In this document: piece by piece, positions 17,875-25,738 of the stretch
Numbering within the stretch: position 1 is the stretch's first letter
Layout: every line of letters starts with the position of its first letter
Source: Pseudomonadota bacterium
Lineage (GTDB): Bacteria; Bdellovibrionota_F; JAHFAK01; JBDREC01
Direction of reading: 5' to 3'
NCBI GenBank assembly: GCA_043820105.1
Contig: JBDREC010000096.1
Coordinates: forward strand, 1-39,584
Length of the DNA stretch: 39,584 nucleotides
Program-made: the position numbers and the translations under genes
The notes under the pieces: model-generated
The model's database searches: none
What the model saw: only the letters and a program-made list of their open reading frames with translations
Told to the model about the DNA's origin: nothing

Positions 17875-19287
17875 TTACTCAAATCTCGAATTAACAACAT
17901 TATTCTTCTTAGATCCAAACTCATAAGCAATAAAGAAGGACCCACTAGCTTCCCAGGTTGTTGCTGTTGCTGAACTTCTTAGCAAAAGTTCTTCTTCAGT
18001 TAGTTCACCCTTTGCTAAATAAACCTGATCCCTGATATAATCAAATGATCCTGAAATCCCAAAGGAAAAACCATTACCAAGATTCAATTCAACATAAGGA
18101 TTAAAGCTGGTTCTATATTTTGTAAACTCATCTAAATAATTTGAAGCAGATAAAGTCACTCCCGCATTTCCCCATTGTTTAATCACGCCAAGATTCATCT
18201 GCAGTTGCTGCTGATATAAAACTTCCCAATATTTATCATACACTGTTTCCTCAATATAGTTGGAATATATTCCCATAACTGAATAAAGAAAAGAGAACCT
18301 CTTTTCCTGAGAATCAGCATATTTAAAAACATTGTACTCAATGGCTGGTCCCAGCCCTGCCATATAATCAATATTCTTGTAAGTAGATCTGTAAGCTCCA
18401 CTACTAAAACCTAATGAAAAATGATCATCAAGTCCCCAAACAAATAAGTTGGAAAGATTTAACCAGTTATAGGAGTTTTTCAGGGTCTCATCACTATCCT
18501 CATAGGAATAGATGGTCTCAGAAAAAGCTCCTGAAAGTGCTAGAATTATTTTATTCAGTTCTGTTACTCTTTGCGCAGTAAAAGAGCCTGATGTTTCATA
18601 ATATTTATACAAAGATTCCGCGTAAAATTCACCCCCAAGTTCAGCCTTAAATACCCATGAATCCCATTGATCATCGAGCTCTTCTGCTTTTTCAGGAAAC
18701 TTGTATTTAAGCTCAATATATTTAGCAAGTGGTGTTACCAGGTAAAACGTCGCCAGACCTTTTTTTATGTATTGGGCGATATCAGAGCGTTCACAATCAT
18801 CAGACAAAGTATTGGCTATAAAGAATTTTAATTCAAACTCTTCAATTCCATTTTTCTTCAACGGAATAAATTTCAAAACGTATTCAATGCTGGCAGCAGC
18901 ATTTTGCGTAAGTACCATAATAAAAACATCTGCTGCATCCTTTGTTAGAACCCAATTCACAAATTTCACATTTCCTCTTAAATAGTCATAGCATTTAAAA
19001 CTCTTATCCATGTAAACATTAACTTTTTTAAATCCCAATTCATCCTTTTTTTCTTTTTCTAAAGACAGTTCTTTATTTGGAATAATTTCTTCGAAAACTT
19101 CATTGCCGGTTTTTCCTTCTAAAACATTTTGTGCTAAAAGTGTCTCATCAGATACTTCAACCTTCTCCTTTGTTTCCATGCTTTCCTTATTTTCTTCTTC
19201 TAAAGAAAATAATGTGGTTTGAATAAATATAGTAATGAGTATAATGGCTAAGCTTGCCTTTAATTCCTTTTGATATCTGGTTTTCAT
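17875..19287 (-). CDS. Probable outer-membrane beta-barrel protein
   Basis: Start reassigned to ATG 19287 (GGAGG at 19296-19300). Signal peptide, alternating aromatic/hydrophobic beta strands in the C-terminal ~260 aa, ending FIAYEFGSKKNNVVNSRFE. Confidence 0.7.
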   Translation of the reverse strand: MKTRYQKELKASLAIILITIFIQTTLFSLEEENKESMETKEKVEVSDETLLAQNVLEGKTGNEVFEEIIPNKELSLEKEKKDELGFKKVNVYMDKSFKCYDYLRGNVKFVNWVLTKDAADVFIMVLTQNAAASIEYVLKFIPLKKNGIEEFELKFFIANTLSDDCERSDIAQYIKKGLATFYLVTPLAKYIELKYKFPEKAEELDDQWDSWVFKAELGGEFYAESLYKYYETSGSFTAQRVTELNKIILALSGAFSETIYSYEDSDETLKNSYNWLNLSNLFVWGLDDHFSLGFSSGAYRSTYKNIDYMAGLGPAIEYNVFKYADSQEKRFSFLYSVMGIYSNYIEETVYDKYWEVLYQQQLQMNLGVIKQWGNAGVTLSASNYLDEFTKYRTSFNPYVELNLGNGFSFGISGSFDYIRDQVYLAKGELTEEELLLRSSATATTWEASGSFFIAYEFGSKKNNVVNSRFE

Positions 19288-19337
19288 CTTAAAAGCCTCC
19301 AAGGTAATCCTTAATTAAATTCTATATGCTTTTCTTT

Positions 19338-19353
19338 AGCAAGGTCTGTGCCA
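19338..19353 (-). promoter_or_regulatory. Sigma54 -24/-12 promoter for the outer-membrane protein gene
   Basis: Minus strand TGGCACAGACCTTGCT, a near-perfect TGGCAC-N5-TTGCW, 51 nt upstream of ATG 19287. Confidence 0.75.
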
Positions 19354-19609
19354 AAGTTAGCCTCTCGTTAAATTCTTTAATATCGTGGGCTTAACAAATA
19401 TCACTGATATTTTATTCAGTAGTAAATTGTATAATCTTACTCATAACGTGTAAAACAGATTTGTTCCAGCGGAGTCAAAGATGTCTCTGCCTTGGGAACT
19501 TGCTGTCTGAATAAAGCAGCAATGCTAACAAAAACGAAAATACTTGTGTTTTTATTATTAGGTATTGTTAATTAATTTTTATTGAAAAGTTTAATTCGGG
19601 CTTTAGGTT

Positions 19610-20007
19610 CTATATAAATCTCGAATTAACATAATTATTTTTCTTTGATCCAAATTCATAGGCTATGAAAAAGGCCCCGCTAAGCTCTGCCATGTGGTCG
19701 CGGTTGCAGAGCTTCTTAACAATAGTTCTTCTGCTGATAGGTCCTGCTTTGCTAAATATATCTGATTACGTATGTAATCAAAAGACCCCGAAACTCCAAA
19801 TGAAAACCCATTGCCTAAACTTAATTCAACATAGGGATTAAAACTTATTTTATATTTTGAAAAATCATCAAGATAGTTCGCTGCACTTAATACAACCCCT
19901 GTGTTTCCCCACTGCTTTATCATTTCAAATTTTACTGTAAGTTCCTGCTCCAAAACAAGCTCCCAGTATTTATCATAAACAGTCTCTGCAATATAATTCA
20001 AATACAT
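19610..20007 (-). pseudogene. 5'-truncated, frameshifted paralog of the C-terminus of the 17875-19287 OMP
   Basis: ETVYDKYWE...FNPYVEL.LGNGFSFG.SGSFDYIR.Q.YLAK..EELLLRSSATATTW matches the neighbour. After a frameshift near 19688 the other frame continues ELSGAFFIAYEFGSKKNNYVNSRFI* (stop 19610-19612). Confidence 0.85.
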
Positions 20008-20037
20008 TTCTTCCAGGACATAGCAGCGATTCCCTTA

Positions 20038-20066
20038 TTGATTAATTTCTTAAAATCGTGTATAAT
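20038..20066 (+). promoter_or_regulatory. Sigma70-type promoter of the lipoprotein gene
   Basis: TTGATT (20038-20043), 17 nt spacer, TATAAT (20061-20066). Confidence 0.6.
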
Positions 20067-20087
20067 ATAAAGATCTATGGAGGGCAG

Positions 20088-22373
20088 ATGTACATAAAGA
20101 AACTTTTCATTCAAGTAACTTTAATTATTATGTTTTTCACATTATTAGGCTGTTTAAGCAGTGATGATAATAATAATGGTCCTTCTTCCACAACTCAAGG
20201 TTCTGGCGATACAGAGCAAGAAGGTGATCAAACTACAGATGCTGTAGATTCCAACTCTGAAACAGGGATCACTGATAGCAACACAAGTGATAACTTATCC
20301 ACATCCTCCACATCGGATATTGTAGATAGCTTAACTGACACTTCTGGTTCTTTGACATTAGAGGACGCAAGCTATGCAACAATTACAGGAAGCTTTGATG
20401 TGGATACAATTATTACAAGAAATGACCTTGCTTCATATAACATTCTCACCAGAAATGATCTCATTGATGAAGGTATAAATTTAAATAACACAGGTGCAAG
20501 TTCTTTGACTGAAAATTCAGGAATAAAACTATCTCAGGTTGCAAGTGCATCAACTTCAAATGTGCTGATAATTGCAGCTTTTGCCTTTAATAATTTTGAA
20601 ATCGATACCTATGCAACTTTCACATCATCTGATTCAAGTTTTGAGCTTGAACTTGATGAAGCAGCCTTAGGTGGCTTTTTATTAATAAATGTCTATGTGG
20701 CCATTGAAGATGGTGACTCCTATTCATTATATAATACAGGAAGCATTTATATTGATGACTCTTCACCAATGCTTGCATTTTCAAATATAAGCCAAGGAAG
20801 CGAGTTTGATTTAGGAGAATTGATAAATGCAGAAGCAGACAGCAATGAACAGAGAAAATATTACAGCACAAATACTTATGATGCCCTGATACCAGAATCA
20901 GATGAAGAAGATGAGGCCCCCGATTTTACAGCAGCTTCAAAGGTTTTAAAAGATTACACATATGTTGCAGGAAGTGGAGAATATGAAATTGAAATAACAG
21001 CAAGTGACATTAATGGAGATCCTATATTTTTGTATGTCACTGATGCAAGTAGTGATATGAATATTAGTGCAAGTGGCCAGGAAGAAGGCCTGGGTGTTTT
21101 AACATTCACAATAGATACAGCAGATGATGTAGAGGGCGTTTTTTATCCAACTATTGTGGTTACCAATGAAGATGGAAACCTGCAAAATTCAATGGAAATA
21201 GCCATTCACATAATACCTCCTGATGACATTGACCTAGATAATCCTACTAACTTAGCTCCATCTGGAACATCATATTCCTATACAACACCATCTTCCTTCC
21301 CTCGCCTAACAACTTACAGTGCAAGAAAAAACAGACTAATGCTTGCCTGGGATACGAATATTGGGGGTAATAATTTTGGTGTAGCCACAGGCATTGGTTC
21401 ACTTGGTCAGGCAATTCATGATAATATTTATGCAATTTCTCCTTTAGACACTGGAAAACAGCAAGGATTACAAGATATTGATTCTGATGGCTCTAAAATA
21501 GCTTATGGCTTGATTCTATATGAGTATGGACAACGGCTCGTAATAACTGACTCAGATCTAAATATAGAAGTGAGCCAGGACTTTTTAATAAGTGAGGCAA
21601 CAGGGGTTCTGTGCACTGAGGACCATAAGGTCACAGTTAATAACAATGGAACAGGAATCTTTGCCTGGGGTGAATGGACAAATGATGAATATTGCATTGG
21701 TTATGCTGACCAAATAGCATATGTTGTGTTTGATATTAACTCAGGTGAATTTGGTGAAAGGCAAGTGCTGCAAATTGATCAAGCCTTACCTACTTTAGCA
21801 CATGATATGGATATAAGCCTATTAGACGATAATACAGTTGGAATCACAGGTATTGTCCATAATGAACAAAATGGCTGGATAACAGGGACCCTTGAAAATG
21901 GAAGCATAACAAATGCAACAACAAGATATATAGATAGTGTTAACTGTGTTGAAACAGCTACTGTAATTACAGATCTATATAATGGAAAATATTTTGTAAT
22001 TGTTTATAGAATAAACAATTATGCTGCTGGTTATTGGATGTTTTATAGAGTTTTCAATAGCTCTGGACAATCAATAACAACTCAAGGAACTAACATTCTT
22101 GAAGGAGAAGCCATAAGAGCTGATATCTATGCTACAACAGATGCTCATGGAAGAATCCTGGTTGTTTGGGGTCAGGGTGAGCTCGAAGGAAGTGCACACT
22201 ATTATGCCCAAAGATGGCTTCCTGACGCTAGAGAAATAGACGATGAACCATTTCAGGTATCTGATAATCCAGGCACTGTTTTTCATGTTGAAGCTGCCTT
22301 TTATGGAAATGGTGCTTTTGCAGTTGCTTATTTGATGAGGTGGGATGCAAATTATTTAAAACTGTTTAAATAG
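20088..22373 (+). CDS. Surface lipoprotein: S/T/D-rich linker, Ig/cadherin-like module, C-terminal beta-rich (propeller-like) domain
   Basis: Start reassigned to ATG 20088 (GGAGG at 20079-20083). Lipobox LLGC, low-complexity SSDDNNNGPSSTTQ... linker, EAPDF...ITASDINGDPI cadherin-like pattern, repeated 'I/VxxW' blades. Confidence 0.75.
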   Translation: MYIKKLFIQVTLIIMFFTLLGCLSSDDNNNGPSSTTQGSGDTEQEGDQTTDAVDSNSETGITDSNTSDNLSTSSTSDIVDSLTDTSGSLTLEDASYATITGSFDVDTIITRNDLASYNILTRNDLIDEGINLNNTGASSLTENSGIKLSQVASASTSNVLIIAAFAFNNFEIDTYATFTSSDSSFELELDEAALGGFLLINVYVAIEDGDSYSLYNTGSIYIDDSSPMLAFSNISQGSEFDLGELINAEADSNEQRKYYSTNTYDALIPESDEEDEAPDFTAASKVLKDYTYVAGSGEYEIEITASDINGDPIFLYVTDASSDMNISASGQEEGLGVLTFTIDTADDVEGVFYPTIVVTNEDGNLQNSMEIAIHIIPPDDIDLDNPTNLAPSGTSYSYTTPSSFPRLTTYSARKNRLMLAWDTNIGGNNFGVATGIGSLGQAIHDNIYAISPLDTGKQQGLQDIDSDGSKIAYGLILYEYGQRLVITDSDLNIEVSQDFLISEATGVLCTEDHKVTVNNNGTGIFAWGEWTNDEYCIGYADQIAYVVFDINSGEFGERQVLQIDQALPTLAHDMDISLLDDNTVGITGIVHNEQNGWITGTLENGSITNATTRYIDSVNCVETATVITDLYNGKYFVIVYRINNYAAGYWMFYRVFNSSGQSITTQGTNILEGEAIRADIYATTDAHGRILVVWGQGELEGSAHYYAQRWLPDAREIDDEPFQVSDNPGTVFHVEAAFYGNGAFAVAYLMRWDANYLKLFK

Positions 22374-22534
22374 CGCACTGAGTGGCATTCTTTTTGAGAA
22401 AGTTGGACACCACATTTAGCTTATAGATCCACAATTGTCTCAATTTTTCATTATAATCACAATCCTATCCACAGCAGCTACCATCTAACATACTAATCTT
22501 TTTAATCTTTTAATCTTTACATATTTTTTTAATC

Positions 22535-22550
22535 TGGTACAAAGCTTGCA
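22535..22550 (+). promoter_or_regulatory. Sigma54 -24/-12 promoter for the 22575 gene
   Basis: TGGTACAAAGCTTGCA (GG-N10-GC), about 25 nt upstream of the ORF. Confidence 0.65.
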
Positions 22551-22574
22551 TATATTTAGAAAGTTCAAACTATT

Positions 22575-24059
22575 TTGGTGCATATTTTGAAACGACAAAT
22601 TTTCTTCATCTTAATCCTAATCTCAATCCTAATCAATTCTTCCTATGCCTGTATTGACTTATTTGATGCAAAAAAACAAACACCTGATTATATAAAATAT
22701 ATTGATAAACCTTTTGAACCATTAGAAAGCTTAGAAAATTTAGATTTTATCCAAGAACTGCCAGAGATTTCAGGATTAGAATTAGGTAAAAAATTAAGTA
22801 CAAATGATAGATTATCAAGACATAAAAATGCCCATGCTGTTAAAACAATTAATTCTGAAAACCTTCCATCATCTATACCAAGTGATCCTTCAAAACTAGT
22901 TGTTCTAATACCAAAACCTGAGTTTGTTAAGCAAATGCAAATAATGATTGTATCTTTTGAGCGGTTAAAATATTTAGGAATTGATCCTAAATATATCCCC
23001 AAGTTTTATGCAAAAACTTACATTGATGGACAAATTGCCATTGTTATGAAAAAATATGAAATTGGTAGCAAAGAAGTAAGAGAGCTCTTAATAACTAACA
23101 ATTTCAGAGAACTTTTTCAAACTCCAATAAATAATAAAACATTAGATGATCTTCTAGAAATCCAAGGATTCCTTTTATTAAATCGTGTAAAAGTATTTGA
23201 TTTGCAGTTTTTAATAGACAAGGATGGCTCAATTGTAATTTCAGATCCTGGTCAATGTTTTAAACCTAAATATATTGGACTTCGGGATTATGTAAGAATT
23301 GGATCATTAACAAGAGCAACTGAAATAACAATGAAAATCAGGAAAATGGCTCAGGGTTTGTATGATGATATTACACTAGCAATGCAAAGTGGGGAATATG
23401 ATACAGAGATCCAAGAACAGCTTGCTCTAACTCCAAAATCAAGTGAAGATGTGCCTGAATGTCGTATTATTAAATATTCAAACATTTATGAAAGCACAAG
23501 TTTACAGTATAGAAAAGATATATTAAAAGCTGTTATAGGTCTATATAATAAAAATACAAATCCAAATAGGTATGCACTTGTAATCCACTCAATGACAGGT
23601 AATTTTGCTTATGATCAAACTTTAAAAGACCTGGCCTTTTTACAAAGCATAGGATTCAATGTTGCTATAAATTTTGCCAAATCAACACACCAATTTGATG
23701 ATGTATTAGTTTCAATTTTAGGCTCTGAAATAAGCCCTTCAAATTTAAATATTTTTATAATACAAAGTTTTATTAAAATGGATTTTTTTATTAGAGTTGA
23801 AGAAAAAGATGAAGAACTTTTAATAAAAAGTCCACTTAACCTAAGAACTCAAAATGATTTATTTGAAATAGTGCAATTAATGTTTTTAAATAAAATCAGG
23901 CTTTATAATCCTTTATTCCTGATTAAAAATAATGGTTCAATTGTTATTCAGGATGTTGATAAAGTTGAAACTGGTGAAATTAGACCAGAAGATTTGATTG
24001 ATATTGTTTTGCTACTTGAAGCAAGTGAATTTGTTTATGGAGTAGATTTAACAAGATAA
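22575..24059 (+). CDS. Secreted protein with a minimal HopBF1-like kinase domain plus a degenerate second copy
   Basis: Signal peptide (FFILILISILINSSYA). Motif TLDDLLEIQ....RVKVFDLQFLIDKDGSIVISDP, with an internal repeat TQNDLFEIVQ....KIRLYNPLFLIKNNGSIVIQDV. Exact start uncertain (TTG 22575 or 22587). Confidence 0.6.
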   Translation: MVHILKRQIFFILILISILINSSYACIDLFDAKKQTPDYIKYIDKPFEPLESLENLDFIQELPEISGLELGKKLSTNDRLSRHKNAHAVKTINSENLPSSIPSDPSKLVVLIPKPEFVKQMQIMIVSFERLKYLGIDPKYIPKFYAKTYIDGQIAIVMKKYEIGSKEVRELLITNNFRELFQTPINNKTLDDLLEIQGFLLLNRVKVFDLQFLIDKDGSIVISDPGQCFKPKYIGLRDYVRIGSLTRATEITMKIRKMAQGLYDDITLAMQSGEYDTEIQEQLALTPKSSEDVPECRIIKYSNIYESTSLQYRKDILKAVIGLYNKNTNPNRYALVIHSMTGNFAYDQTLKDLAFLQSIGFNVAINFAKSTHQFDDVLVSILGSEISPSNLNIFIIQSFIKMDFFIRVEEKDEELLIKSPLNLRTQNDLFEIVQLMFLNKIRLYNPLFLIKNNGSIVIQDVDKVETGEIRPEDLIDIVLLLEASEFVYGVDLTR

Positions 24060-24077
24060 TATGATTGCTTAATCAAA

Positions 24078-25079
24078 TTATTCAGCAGCCAACTTATTAA
24101 AAGCAGATTTTAATTCATTGTGAAGTTTTGAAACTTCATCAGCTTCCCAGTTGTCTTTTCCTTTTCTAATAAAAGTTGTTTTATCGTCTCTATTATCAAA
24201 TTTACCAACAGGTAGATACCAGGTTTTCATTTCATATTTAGCATTTCCTGTTTCATTAGAAATCAAAACTGGTCTTTCATATTTAACAGTATTAGGTTTA
24301 TCTGATAAGCTAATTAAATAATCCATATCATCACAACCATATTCACCAAGCATAACTTCTGATGGCACGCAGTGATGCAAGATTGAACCTTGAGCATCTG
24401 GTTTTGCTCTTTCCTGATTTTTCTTTCTTGATTCTTCAGGTGTAACCCAAATGTATAAAATAGAAGCTCCATCTAGAATTCTTTCATCAAGTTGTGAAAA
24501 AGCATAAGCATAGCCTTGAGGAGGAGTTACTGGAAAAGGGGATCCATTTACAGCGCCTCGAGCTGCTTCGATTACAACTGTTTTTCCTTCTAAGCCTTGT
24601 GAATTTGTAGCATTTAATTCATCAAGATGTTCTCTAATTTCATTTTCCATTTTAGCAGCTATATCCATTCTTACGCCATAAGGAACTTCTTCAAGATATC
24701 TTGGAAGTCCGACTTTTTCATGAGCATTATCCATTCTATCAAAAAGATAGTTAGCAGCTGATTCTGGATTAAAGGTTCTCTGATTCATTAAGTTATCATA
24801 ATCTTCATTTAATAAATGAATTAATGTTCCCCATTCGAAATTGTCGATAAAAGGTCTTTGAGGGCCTTTAAAAAAGACATAGTCAAAACCTCTTTCATAA
24901 AGCTCATCATCAATTCTATGCATAAAATGAACATAAGGATAGTCATCAAGTTGCAGGGTTTTTCCCATCTTGAATTCTTCCATACATTGTTCAGATGACA
25001 TTGAATCGAGGTAGGTTCTAACTTCTGATTTTCCTGAAGCAGGAAGGGCAAATAATAAAACGTTTTTGAGAAGTTTCAT
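24078..25079 (-). CDS. Uncharacterised P-loop kinase/NTPase-like protein
   Basis: N-terminal Walker-A variant LLFALPASGKSE, Walker-B-like VVIEAARG, lid-like PEESRKKNQER; AAGGAG RBS. Confidence 0.7.
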   Translation of the reverse strand: MKLLKNVLLFALPASGKSEVRTYLDSMSSEQCMEEFKMGKTLQLDDYPYVHFMHRIDDELYERGFDYVFFKGPQRPFIDNFEWGTLIHLLNEDYDNLMNQRTFNPESAANYLFDRMDNAHEKVGLPRYLEEVPYGVRMDIAAKMENEIREHLDELNATNSQGLEGKTVVIEAARGAVNGSPFPVTPPQGYAYAFSQLDERILDGASILYIWVTPEESRKKNQERAKPDAQGSILHHCVPSEVMLGEYGCDDMDYLISLSDKPNTVKYERPVLISNETGNAKYEMKTWYLPVGKFDNRDDKTTFIRKGKDNWEADEVSKLHNELKSAFNKLAAE

Positions 25080-25100
25080 CTTTTGGACTCCTTTTTGTAA

Positions 25101-25131
25101 TAGCTATAAGCTGTAAGCTACAAGCTGTAAG
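25101..25131. repeat. Heptamer tandem array (AAGCT-RY-type)
   Basis: TAGCTAT AAGCTGT AAGCTAC AAGCTGT AAG, just 5' of the RBS of the 25079 gene. Confidence 0.8.
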
Positions 25132-25255
25132 TTAATGATGACATTATTAACCATAACAATACCTTAAAAACATGTGAATCGTGGTGAGTCAAGTGATAAA
25201 ATAAGGGGACAAAATTAGTATTTCGTCGCTCGTGTCCAGTATTTCATATGCCTCC

Positions 25256-25287
25256 ACGAAATACGTAATACGTAATACGAAATACGA
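25256..25287. repeat. Heptamer tandem array (ACGWAAT)
   Basis: ACGAAAT ACGTAAT ACGTAAT ACGAAAT ACGA; complementary GTATTTC copies at about 25218-25245. Confidence 0.8.
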
Positions 25288-25293
25288 TCCTTT

Positions 25294-25491
25294 TCAGCTA
25301 TTTTTAAGACGATAAACCTTTGGTTGGCGGCATGGAGCATAGTCTGACCAGTCGGCCTTTTTTATCACATCTTTCCAAGTGAGCATAGTTTTCACCCCTG
25401 CCCTTTCTCCATAGCGGATTTCGATTATATTTTTATTTATTGAAACATGAAATTTTTCATCATCTATAGTTAAATGTATGTGTCTTCGCAT
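25294..25491 (-). CDS. Small hypothetical protein
   Basis: 65 aa non-overlapping ORF with an ATG start and protein-like composition, followed by a heptamer array like other genes here. Weak RBS. Confidence 0.4.
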   Translation of the reverse strand: MRRHIHLTIDDEKFHVSINKNIIEIRYGERAGVKTMLTWKDVIKKADWSDYAPCRQPKVYRLKNS

Positions 25492-25738
25492 TTTGTCTAC
25501 CCGAAGTATGATTAAAAGGAAGTAATTTATAACAAAAGCATAAAGAATTAATCAAGAGTAAAGATACATAAAACATATTGGCCGAATTTACTTAAAACCC
25601 TAAGCAAATATTTTCAATTGCTTTATTTAAAATATTTTACTATAAATGTAAGTAAGTCACCTCTCCAAAACTGAAACATCTACCTCCAAAAACGCTAATT
25701 GTTCTGAAACAATATAAACCTTTAATCTGGAGTCTATT

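Noticed and set aside
22494-22535. TAATCTTT repeats upstream of the kinase-like gene
   Set aside because: AT-rich low-complexity sequence that could easily arise by chance in this genome.
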